Source: a virus. From it: a DNA stretch of 64,000 bases. A program made the translations under genes and the position numbers. Position 1 is the first letter of the stretch; every line of letters begins with the position of its first letter. The stretch covers positions 12,697 through 76,696 of the IMG/VR virus record IMGVR_UViG_3300050821_010655. One strand, given 5' to 3'. Positions 56,787 through 64,000 of the stretch are shown in pieces. The notes beneath the pieces are model-generated. The model did not search any database. It worked only from the letters and a program-made list of their open reading frames with translations, and was not told the DNA's origin.

Positions 56787-57422
56787 TTATTGGTGGGCAA
56801 ACTCCATTTGAGAGTCTCGCCAACCGTTAAAAAATGATTCAAGCCCGTGTTTCCCTCGGCCCCACTGGTTGCGATCATTTCCAACCCTCATCCAACCTGC
56901 ACCGTCGCATGATTCCGCTCCAATCGTTTCAGATACACACACTCGACCAATGCAGTTTACTCGACCAATATGCGTTGAGAACTTTTTGCACCACATGGCG
57001 GCGGTCTGCCATTTGAACTTTGTTGTGCCGCCAACAAAAACGCCATGCGAGTTTGGAGGCACCAAATCAATATGGTTTTCCATCCCATCCTGAACCACAA
57101 ACTTTGGCTTAAACCCAAAACCCTCAATCACAGAAGAATAATAACCCCACTTTTTCAAGGTGCCTTTAAAATCACCAACCACGTCGGGAACCGCCGCCCA
57201 CAATGGGGCATGTATTTTAGACGCTTTCCTGAGCATTAAAATCCACTCCTCTGAATCCCAATTATGGCGCTTGTTGAAGGCGTCGTTGTCTAGAACGTAA
57301 GGTATATTCTCTGGCGGTGAACTCCAATAAGAAGGTCCACAAATAAACCCAATCTTGCCCGGATGTTGTACCGCCATATCCTTACACCACCTGTTTCCAT
57401 TGACCGGCACCATTACCATCAT
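56787..57422 (-). CDS. TGT-fold, DpdA-like DNA transglycosylase candidate
   Basis: LDNDAF, VPDVVGD, VVQDG, FVGGT, HIGRVN, AESCDG; cotranscribed with queC and queD. Confidence 0.6.
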   Translation of the reverse strand: MMVMVPVNGNRWCKDMAVQHPGKIGFICGPSYWSSPPENIPYVLDNDAFNKRHNWDSEEWILMLRKASKIHAPLWAAVPDVVGDFKGTLKKWGYYSSVIEGFGFKPKFVVQDGMENHIDLVPPNSHGVFVGGTTKFKWQTAAMWCKKFSTHIGRVNCIGRVCVSETIGAESCDGAGWMRVGNDRNQWGRGKHGLESFFNGWRDSQMEFAHQ

Positions 57423-57784
57423 GGTCGTGGGCAGTAGATCACGTTGGTCTGCGGCGTCTCCTGAATGTGGACCGAGTAAAGGGTCGGCAACTTTGCCATC
57501 AACTCCCGGTAAAACCAGTACGCGACATTCTCAGCCGTGGTGTACGGGATTCCACCAAGGGTTTCGTTCAGGTTGGTGTGGTCCAGTTTTTGAATCGCCG
57601 GTTCAACCGCCGCCGCAATGTCCGCATAATCCACCACCCATGAAAACGCAGGTTGCAAATCACCCCGGCAGCACACCGTCACGCCATAATTATGTCCGTG
57701 CAGCCGGTGACACTTGTGCGTCTCGGGCAAGTGATCTAACTGGTGAGCCGCTGGAAAATAAAACTGCTTGGTCACAGTCCACAT
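57419..57784 (-). CDS. queD: 6-carboxy-5,6,7,8-tetrahydropterin synthase
   Basis: F.AAH.L......KC.RLHGHNY, LDH.NLNE, TAEN.A, ETP. Confidence 0.93.
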   Translation of the reverse strand: MWTVTKQFYFPAAHQLDHLPETHKCHRLHGHNYGVTVCCRGDLQPAFSWVVDYADIAAAVEPAIQKLDHTNLNETLGGIPYTTAENVAYWFYRELMAKLPTLYSVHIQETPQTNVIYCPRP

Positions 57785-58353
57785 AAGGCAACCTCTCTCT
57801 TTTTGCACGCATCGCACTTTCCGCACCCGCCGTCCACTCCGCTATAGCAGGACATGGTTTCGGAAAAGTCCACCCCCAATTCCTTCCCGCGCTGCGCGAT
57901 CTCGCGCTTGGTTAAATCCTGGTAGGGAGCCACCACCCGGACGTTCAACTGTGCCGCCATGAGGGTTTGGTTCAGGCGCTCCACAAACTCCGGCCGGCAG
58001 TCTGGAAATCCTTCATAATCATCCTTATTCGCCCCAAACAACACCTGCTCGTACCCGCCGCTCTCAGCCACAGCACAAGCAAGGTGCAGGAAGCAGGCGT
58101 TGCGGTTCTCGACCACGGGCGAGCCAAGTCCGCCCAAGAGTTGGGATTGCCCGCCAAAAACCCCACAAAGATTAATCACCTTGAACGGCACGGCTTTCTT
58201 GAGCGCAATCCGCTTGGCGTAGTCCAGTTCGATATAGTGCTTTTGCCCATAGTCGAACCCAAGGCACAGCACTTTATTTTCCTGCGCTTGGGTGGCGTCC
58301 TCCAAGAGCACCCGCGAGTCCATGCCACCAGAGAGTAAAACGATGTATTTCAT
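57772..58353 (-). CDS. queC: 7-cyano-7-deazaguanine synthase
   Basis: LLSGGMDS, FDYGQKH..E, RN..FL, FPDCRPEF, T.SCY....GCGKCDAC..R. Confidence 0.93.
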   Translation of the reverse strand: MKYIVLLSGGMDSRVLLEDATQAQENKVLCLGFDYGQKHYIELDYAKRIALKKAVPFKVINLCGVFGGQSQLLGGLGSPVVENRNACFLHLACAVAESGGYEQVLFGANKDDYEGFPDCRPEFVERLNQTLMAAQLNVRVVAPYQDLTKREIAQRGKELGVDFSETMSCYSGVDGGCGKCDACKKREVALCGL

Positions 58354-58359
58354 TGGTTG

Positions 58360-58393
58360 AGTGTGGGGTTGGGTTGGGTGAACTGTCAATACA
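58360..58393 (-). promoter_or_regulatory. promoter TGTATTGACA-N18-CACACT-N6-ATG (leaderless queC)
   Basis: Member of the repeated motif family. Confidence 0.65.
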
Positions 58394-59125
58394 TTAAATG
58401 TTTGTGCCACGCAGGGGTTCTGGTTCTTTCTGCTTCCAATTAGAACGCGACTTCCATTTTATCACCCAACAATCTGCCATTGTTCGCCAGTCATGGATTT
58501 GTTCTCCGTGGTAGAGCCACCTTTTTCTCTCATTGTACTCCATAAATGCCTCAAAACATTGCTGGTTTGACCCAATGCCGTCGAAATACTTCGCGATCTT
58601 TTTCTCATCTGCTGGCTGTACTCCGCTCTTCAACAATATGGCTGATCTTCGCTCCGCGTCCTCCTCATCATCTTCTTTAGAATGGATAACCTTACGGGGG
58701 ACCTCCTTTGTGTTGCTCTTTTTATAAGGGGTAGCCGTTGCTCTTTTTATAAGGCCACCCGTTGCCCATTTTATAAGGGGTTGGGTTTCGTAGAGGGTGG
58801 TTCTTCCGGGGCGCTCCTCTTTAAATATTGCTCCCAACTTAAGAAGTTTAGAGAGCGCCTTGCGGACGGTATGCTCATTCAAACGGCAATGCTCGCAAAT
58901 ATCATTAATGGTTCCGAAACACTGTCCGCGCCTACTGATATGACAATAAACTCGGAATTCAGAAGCCAATAATCCGGCATCATCCAAAATGGATGGGATA
59001 AATGGATCAAAAACCTTTTTACCGTTGACGGCACCGTTCTTCTCTGGCACCTTCTGGTTGTCCGAGCCTGAGTCCCTGTAGCCGCCCTTCGCCGGGGCGG
59101 CTCTTTTATTTTTGTGTGTTTCCAT
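58394..59125 (-). CDS. replication initiator (winged HTH, lambda O-like)
   Basis: L..SEFRVY.HI.RR...F..I..I...C.L...TV.KAL..L...G.I....R.GRT..Y; C-terminal F..YN....W......I.DW; internal iterons. Confidence 0.7.
   Translation of the reverse strand: METHKNKRAAPAKGGYRDSGSDNQKVPEKNGAVNGKKVFDPFIPSILDDAGLLASEFRVYCHISRRGQCFGTINDICEHCRLNEHTVRKALSKLLKLGAIFKEERPGRTTLYETQPLIKWATGGLIKRATATPYKKSNTKEVPRKVIHSKEDDEEDAERRSAILLKSGVQPADEKKIAKYFDGIGSNQQCFEAFMEYNERKRWLYHGEQIHDWRTMADCWVIKWKSRSNWKQKEPEPLRGTNI
58712..58778. repeat. three 18-bp iterons, putative replication origin
   Basis: GTTGCTCTTTTTATAAGG at 58712 and 58737; GTTGCCCATTTTATAAGG at 58761. Confidence 0.75.
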
Positions 59126-59423
59126 TTTTAAGGATGTCTCTGACGAACGCCTTTGCGGCCTTACGAGAACTCTCCCAACGGTTCCAAATCTTTCGCCCGC
59201 CGTAACGCACGCGCAGACTTTTTCCGTTCCACGCTATGGCTGTTTGAAAGCCTTTTGGTCCGGGCTGGATAATACAGGCAATTCCACGGTAGATAAAAAA
59301 AGTGCCCGTGGAGGAGTTGCGCTCACTCGACGGGCGTTTATGGAAGTGCGGACGGATCGAACTGTCCGCGAAGGTTTCCGACTTTAGCGGAAATTCAAAT
59401 CTATCGATCCCGCTTTCTTCCAC
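59106..59423 (-). CDS. hypothetical protein
   Basis: GTG start preceded by TTGACG-N18-TAATGG-N6. Confidence 0.5.
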   Translation of the reverse strand: MEESGIDRFEFPLKSETFADSSIRPHFHKRPSSERNSSTGTFFIYRGIACIIQPGPKGFQTAIAWNGKSLRVRYGGRKIWNRWESSRKAAKAFVRDILKNGNTQK

Positions 59424-59455
59424 ATAAAACCATTACCAGAACGCCCCACCTAGCG

Positions 59456-60580
59456 TCAAGCCCTTTCCGCCTCACTTTGACCCACCTCCCCCTCCAAAAC
59501 CTCTCCTGCGCCCGCTGGCGGCTCGCCACGGTGGTATTTGTAGGCTTTTTTGACCTCAATGGCGTCCACAATCTCCTGCTCGGTCACAGCCACGCCTGCT
59601 GCTTGGGCTTTGGCGACCTCGGCCTTAATCAGAGTCAAAAACTCGGGGTCGGATAGGTAAAGCGAGGCAAAACCACCGGCACGCCACTTGGGTTTGGGCG
59701 CAAAGTGTAGAGAACGAATGGCCGCCACGGTGTTTTGATCCTTGCGTTTCCAAATCCGCTGGAGCCACAGGTTGGGCAGATCAAAGTTCATGGGCGTTTC
59801 GCTTTCCGGTCCCCATTTCCACCGCCTGCTCCAGTTAAATTTGATGCCTGATTCTTTAATGATGAGTAGTTTTCTAGGACGCTGCTGAGTGCCGGGCATT
59901 TGTGCCGCCACTTCGTAAACTGATTTGCCTTCAATCTCAGCGCGGTTCTTGAACAACCACTCCCAGCAGGCGCGATCCACTTGCGACTTGTGTTTCAAAA
60001 CACACACCGGCTTTTTCAACTCCAATCGCAACTGCCTCACCCGCTCCCGCGAGATGCCCCACAACCTTTTCAGGTCCGTATCGGTCTGCCATTCCCAATC
60101 GGCGGAAGCCAGTTGTTCGTCGGAGACTTTTAGATGGGCGCTGGCACGGCGGTTGTGCGGTTGCTTTTTAAGAAACGCTCTGGCTTGGGCGACCCCGGCA
60201 ACGGTATAGCCATTCATTTTGGCAATCTGGCTGTTGCTCTGGGTCCAGTCCACACCGTCCCACTTGTGTTCACGAATGGATTTTGGGGGCGATTTGTGTC
60301 CGACAAGCCTTCGATACTTACAAATCGTTTGGGTGTTTATCTGATGTTCGGCTGTAAGCTCCAAGTTGGTCTTATTCCAGTCCACCGATTTCCAGAACTC
60401 AGTAGTTTCTGGATTGGCGACCACATCGCTATAAACCCTTGGAACTGTCCGCCACTCCTCCACCTCGGCGGTGTAGCCGTTGGGGTAGATTTGGGAAATC
60501 AATAGTTTTTGCTCCAAGTGTTTCCCGTTGTGGCGCAACTCTCGGATGCACAATATTTTTTCAGTGATGTGGTCGTTCAC
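59456..60580 (-). CDS. multi-HTH DNA-binding protein
   Basis: Repeated VDW.KTN.EL / VDWTQSN.QIA / ADW.WQTD.DL...GISRERVRQLR units; leaderless GTG at 60580. Confidence 0.65.
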   Translation of the reverse strand: MNDHITEKILCIRELRHNGKHLEQKLLISQIYPNGYTAEVEEWRTVPRVYSDVVANPETTEFWKSVDWNKTNLELTAEHQINTQTICKYRRLVGHKSPPKSIREHKWDGVDWTQSNSQIAKMNGYTVAGVAQARAFLKKQPHNRRASAHLKVSDEQLASADWEWQTDTDLKRLWGISRERVRQLRLELKKPVCVLKHKSQVDRACWEWLFKNRAEIEGKSVYEVAAQMPGTQQRPRKLLIIKESGIKFNWSRRWKWGPESETPMNFDLPNLWLQRIWKRKDQNTVAAIRSLHFAPKPKWRAGGFASLYLSDPEFLTLIKAEVAKAQAAGVAVTEQEIVDAIEVKKAYKYHRGEPPAGAGEVLEGEVGQSEAERA

Positions 60581-60586
60581 GCCTGC

Positions 60587-60674
60587 AATATAGGCGGACA
60601 GGACGCCGCCTGTCAATACATACTGGTTGACGCTTTTTATTGTATTGACAGGGTTGGACTCCTTGTGAGACGTT
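60587..60674. promoter_or_regulatory. divergent promoter pair
   Basis: Minus strand TGTATTGACA-N18-TATATT-N6-GTG(60580); plus strand TGTATTGACA-N18-GACGTT-N6-ATG(60681). Confidence 0.75.
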
Positions 60675-60680
60675 TGAGCT

Positions 60681-61136
60681 ATGACGGCAAATGAGATAGA
60701 CCAGTTCATGCGCGAGCGGGTGGGCAAGGGCATGGCCACGATGGACCGCATTATCGACCACCCCGAGTACTCTTTGCCCGACTGGCAGTGGGTGATAACG
60801 ACGTTTGCCGATGCGCTGGCCGAGGATCAGAAACGTCTTGGCATTTACGATTACGATCCCAACCTCAATAATTGCGTCGATTACTGCCTGCATGCCCGGT
60901 CGATCTTCAACTTGTGCAATCGCGACACTCCCAACGCCGCTTTTCATGTGCTGTTTGGCGAGGTGGGTTACATGAAGTTGCAAGATGCGGTTCAAGAGGA
61001 GGGTCACCGCATAAACTTCACCATCGTAAACATCAACGGCGTGCGGACCCTCAAATTTTTTGAACCCCAACAGCACCGCGCCGAGGTCTTTCTTATAGAC
61101 GCCGAACTGGATTCAGTGCATAGTTATCACGTCTGA
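60681..61136 (+). CDS. papain/transglutaminase-like Cys protease fold protein
   Basis: NCVDYC, GHRIN, FFEPQ give a Cys-His-Glu triad. Confidence 0.55.
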   Translation: MTANEIDQFMRERVGKGMATMDRIIDHPEYSLPDWQWVITTFADALAEDQKRLGIYDYDPNLNNCVDYCLHARSIFNLCNRDTPNAAFHVLFGEVGYMKLQDAVQEEGHRINFTIVNINGVRTLKFFEPQQHRAEVFLIDAELDSVHSYHV

Positions 61137-61154
61137 TCAATCAAACTTAAAACC

Positions 61155-61445
61155 GTGAATCGAGTTAAAAACAGCACCAACCAAGTCCTCCCATCGGTCC
61201 ACTGGACCGGCGACAACTGGCCCGAGGTCCAAAAGTTTCTGGATACTCCCAAGTTTCTCGACGGCGGCACCCACAACGTTGCCACCTACAGTTTGGACAC
61301 CAACAATAACCTAACGATCAAGCACAAGACCGGGCCGGTCGTGCAGGTTGCCAAAGGCGATTATCTGGTGCGGGATCTGGCCGGGGTGCATACTACCACG
61401 GCGTCAGGATCTTTTGCGTCCAACTACACGGCGATTGTGGAATGA
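61155..61445 (+). CDS. hypothetical protein
   Basis: WTGDN..EV..F...V.KGDYLV, a common phage motif. Confidence 0.6.
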   Translation: MNRVKNSTNQVLPSVHWTGDNWPEVQKFLDTPKFLDGGTHNVATYSLDTNNNLTIKHKTGPVVQVAKGDYLVRDLAGVHTTTASGSFASNYTAIVE

Positions 61446-61753
61446 AAAATCTTAGAAGAAAAGTGCAGTCAATCGTTGTGTTTTTGGAATGCGGTCACAA
61501 TTTTATTGCGATTCCTCCCTATCGTACTCCCAAAAAAACTTCGTGTTCATTTTGCAATCCAAAGATAATGAAACAAATCATAAAGCACGCCAAGAAATTA
61601 GAGCCAACTGCCAAAAAACTTTTATCAACTTCTGCGCTTGCTGCCCTACTACTCATTGCCGGGTGCTCGACACCCACCCCAACCAACAGTTCGGGGCTTC
61701 TGCTGCCGCCCGTGAGGTTCAGTGAAATACCCACCAACAGTCCATCACAATAA
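61442..61753 (+). CDS. hypothetical protein (Zn motif plus lipobox-like segment)
   Basis: LECGH..CSFC; LLIAGCS. Confidence 0.45.
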   Translation: MKNLRRKVQSIVVFLECGHNFIAIPPYRTPKKTSCSFCNPKIMKQIIKHAKKLEPTAKKLLSTSALAALLLIAGCSTPTPTNSSGLLLPPVRFSEIPTNSPSQ

Positions 61754-61759
61754 AAACCT

Positions 61760-62017
61760 ATGAACGTTCGCGCTAAATTCTACGTCCAGTCCATCACCCG
61801 CACCCAATCATTAATCTATCAGGATGGTCAATCCATTCCGCAGGAGGTTCAAACTATCAAACTGTTTCCGGTAGTGGGCAACAGTGAGGAAAACAAACAG
61901 TTCTTTGCCTCCACGCCGACCGGAACCATCGAGGTGGGCACAGTCAATCTCGATGCGGCCAAACAGTTTGAGTTAAACAAGTCGGTAATGGGCTACTTTG
62001 AAATCCTTTCAAAATGA
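61760..62017 (+). CDS. conserved phage hypothetical protein
   Basis: VRAKF.V...L.PV..NSEENK.FF..TP.G.I. Confidence 0.65.
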   Translation: MNVRAKFYVQSITRTQSLIYQDGQSIPQEVQTIKLFPVVGNSEENKQFFASTPTGTIEVGTVNLDAAKQFELNKSVMGYFEILSK

Positions 62018-62523
62018 AAATGAAAAATATAACGATAGCCGTTCTCTGCTTGGCGTTTGTCGGCTGCACATTCGTTGGCAACAGCCCTGAAGAGCGCAAG
62101 CACCGCGAGACGTTTCAGGGCCCAGATCCGACCAGCCAAATTATTGAAGTTGCTAACCCAAACCCAAGCGACGCAAATCCAACTAATCTGGTTGATTTTC
62201 GACTTAAAACAGATGCCGAGAACTCTGAGCCTCTCAGCCAGTTAGCTAAGACAATTCATAATCGAGACGGCACTAACTTCATTGGGCAATACCTCGGAAT
62301 GATTGCTGAGTGGGATGGATCAACCAGTGTTTACAAGCCGAAAGTTGATGCCAAAGGATCTCCAATTTTCGGAGAGACCGGGACTATGGTTCCCAACATG
62401 AAGCCGCAGGGCGTGATGATGTTTAGCGCCACTAGCGGCGAGCTGTTGCGCTGGATTTCCTACGAAGAGTTCCGGCAGGTTTACGTGCTCAAAACACGGC
62501 CGGAATACCCACAGCCAAAGTAG
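62014..62523 (+). CDS. lipoprotein
   Basis: LCLAFVGC lipobox. Confidence 0.6.
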   Translation: MKMKNITIAVLCLAFVGCTFVGNSPEERKHRETFQGPDPTSQIIEVANPNPSDANPTNLVDFRLKTDAENSEPLSQLAKTIHNRDGTNFIGQYLGMIAEWDGSTSVYKPKVDAKGSPIFGETGTMVPNMKPQGVMMFSATSGELLRWISYEEFRQVYVLKTRPEYPQPK

Positions 62524-62545
62524 CCCATTACCAACAAGTCTTACT

Positions 62546-62923
62546 ATGTGGACTTCACACCCGCCGAATAAATCTATGATTAAACTCGGCTATTGCCTCG
62601 CTCTAACCGCTCTCACTGGCTGCTTCTCTGGCTGCTCGACCGCCGGGTTCTTCCGCAGCAAAGCCACTGCCGGGTGGACGGTCGCCAGTCTGTGCCCTTA
62701 CGACGGCAACCCACTAATTGTGGAGGATCAATCTTTCCTGCCCGCCAGCAAGGAACATCCTTACGGCGGCATGGATATTTACGAGGAGTGCTCGTTCTAT
62801 GGCGGGAACGGTCCAGTGCATGGAATAGACAACACCAACTGGTATAACTGCGCTATCCCAGCCATCAAGCCTTGGACCCCGGCGATGGGCACAAATGTTG
62901 CGCCGCTGATTCAGGCTCCGTGA
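62546..62923 (+). CDS. lipoprotein
   Basis: LALTALTGC lipobox. Confidence 0.55.
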   Translation: MWTSHPPNKSMIKLGYCLALTALTGCFSGCSTAGFFRSKATAGWTVASLCPYDGNPLIVEDQSFLPASKEHPYGGMDIYEECSFYGGNGPVHGIDNTNWYNCAIPAIKPWTPAMGTNVAPLIQAP

Positions 62924-63238
62924 ATATTTTACCGCCCACCTTCCAAGGCGACCTGCGGCGTCTCCAGCCACGATGCGTGTGACGGGCGGGCGGTTAAAAA
63001 CCTCATAACAGTGCCCTAATCGTGGCGTCTGCAGACCGAGCACGGCGCACTGACCAGTCGGTCTGGCGGTGCGCGATTTGAAATGAAAGCCCTAGCGGCG
63101 GAGTCGATCCCCGCAGCGTGAACCAGGCGAGCATTCAGGTTCTTAATGCCGCTGGAAAAAGTTGGCAGGGAAAAGTCACTGATAAAATAGCAAGAGATAT
63201 TTCTTGCCTTGCCTGACCCGATGGGGTAATGTCGCGGC

Positions 63239-63583
63239 ATGAGTCTAACAATTAAACCAAAGGCAAAAAAAATGAAAAGCTACCGACAGGGTGATGTGTT
63301 AATCGAAGCCATCGCTAAAATTCCCAAGGATGCACAACGTCAAAAGTCTGCCAACCGAATTGTTTTGGCGCTCGGCGAAGCGACCGGCCATCACCATGCG
63401 CTGGAGACGACGGACGATCCGGCTGATTGGTGGAAATGCGGCGACGAGCAATACGTTACTTTGGCTCAACCTGCTCGGTTGACGCACCAGGAACATGCGA
63501 TCGTCGAACTTCCTGTCGGAACTTTTCGCGTCACTCGCCAACGTGAGTACACCCCGGAGGCCATTCGTAATGTCGCCGATTAA
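63239..63583 (+). CDS. conserved phage protein (RQGDV...GEATGHHH family)
   Basis: YRQGDVLI, LGEATGHHH, HQEH..V.LP.G.F.V.RQREY; TTGCCT-N17-TAATGT-N6-ATG upstream. Confidence 0.75.
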   Translation: MSLTIKPKAKKMKSYRQGDVLIEAIAKIPKDAQRQKSANRIVLALGEATGHHHALETTDDPADWWKCGDEQYVTLAQPARLTHQEHAIVELPVGTFRVTRQREYTPEAIRNVAD

Positions 63584-64000
63584 AACACTGCCGAAAAAAC
63601 TGGAACGGCGCTTACCGGAAATCAGGAAACGCTGGCTCAATATTGGCCTTCGCCTTGCGACTGAAGGCGACCGTGAGCGGGCTTGGATTGCCATAAAGAA
63701 GACATATACCCTGGCCGGCAGAGCAGAACCAAAATTATGGATTTGGATGGACTCCCCTTTCCGTGCAGCAATCGCGTGTACTTTACTTCCCGATATTCTA
63801 CTAAAAGTCCGCGACCAGGTCAGCGCCCAGGTCCGCGACCAGGTCAGCGCCCAGGTCAGCGACCAGGTCCGCGCCCAGGTCAGCGCCCAGGTCCGCGCCC
63901 AGGTCAGCGCCCAGGTCAGCGCCCAGGTCCGCGCCCAGGTCCGCGCCCAGGTCCACGACCAGGTCAGCGCCCAGGTCAGCGACCAGGTCATCGCCCAGGT
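63570..64000 (+). CDS. DUF6745-like protein with QVxx repeats, runs off the right edge
   Basis: Manual translation MSPIKTLPKKLERRLPEIRKRWLNIGL...IWMDSPF...VRDQVSAQVRDQVSAQ. Confidence 0.75.
   Translation, partial: MSPIKTLPKKLERRLPEIRKRWLNIGLRLATEGDRERAWIAIKKTYTLAGRAEPKLWIWMDSPFRAAIACTLLPDILLKVRDQVSAQVRDQVSAQVSDQVRAQVSAQVRAQVSAQVSAQVRAQVRAQVHDQVSAQVSDQVIAQ
63807..64000 (+). repeat. 12-bp coding tandem repeat (about 16 units)
   Basis: GTC(C/A)GCG(A/C)CCAG encoding V-R/S-A/D-Q. Confidence 0.9.

Noticed and set aside
63040-63095. Hammerhead ribozyme
   Set aside because: CTGACCA does not fit the CUGANGA core and the GAAA is not correctly placed.
63299-63991. 230-aa minus-strand ORF (TWAL repeats)
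   Set aside because: Antisense shadow of the QVxx-repeat gene.
63807-64000. CRISPR array
   Set aside because: Contiguous 12-bp in-frame coding repeats with no spacers.

Overview
This window is part of a tailed dsDNA phage or prophage genome, almost all on the minus strand. Read right to left it contains: divergent early genes (60.6-64 kb); a replication initiator with iterons; a queC-queD-TGT/DpdA-like 7-deazaguanine DNA-modification cluster; a PAPS-reductase-like enzyme, SF2 helicase, RNase HI and a Pol-beta nucleotidyltransferase; terL; glycosyl- and methyltransferases; a Mu-like portal, protease and capsid; neck and tail genes with a -1 frameshifted chaperone; a Cys-rich tail protein and three large Thr-Asn-rich proteins with signal peptides; holin-like and lipoprotein genes; then a replication/recombination block (RPA-like OB protein, Rad50/SbcC-like ATPase, primase-helicase, SSB, HerA-like ATPase). 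FN3/Ig domain style and TN-rich secreted proteins suggest a Verrucomicrobiota host (inference only). No integrase, transposase, endolysin or CRISPR array was recognised. Best leads: (1) a 255-aa helical protein gene followed directly by a ~310-nt structured RNA with hexamer repeats and a circularly permuted, tRNA-Cys-like T/acceptor/D domain (YrlA/Y-RNA-like topology); (2) terL interrupted by an 8-nt stop-containing insert inside a long hairpin, just before Walker A, suggesting recoding; (3) a family of TTGAC-N18 promoters, many leaderless, one of which predicts a small RNA. All family calls come from motif recognition by eye, not database searches.
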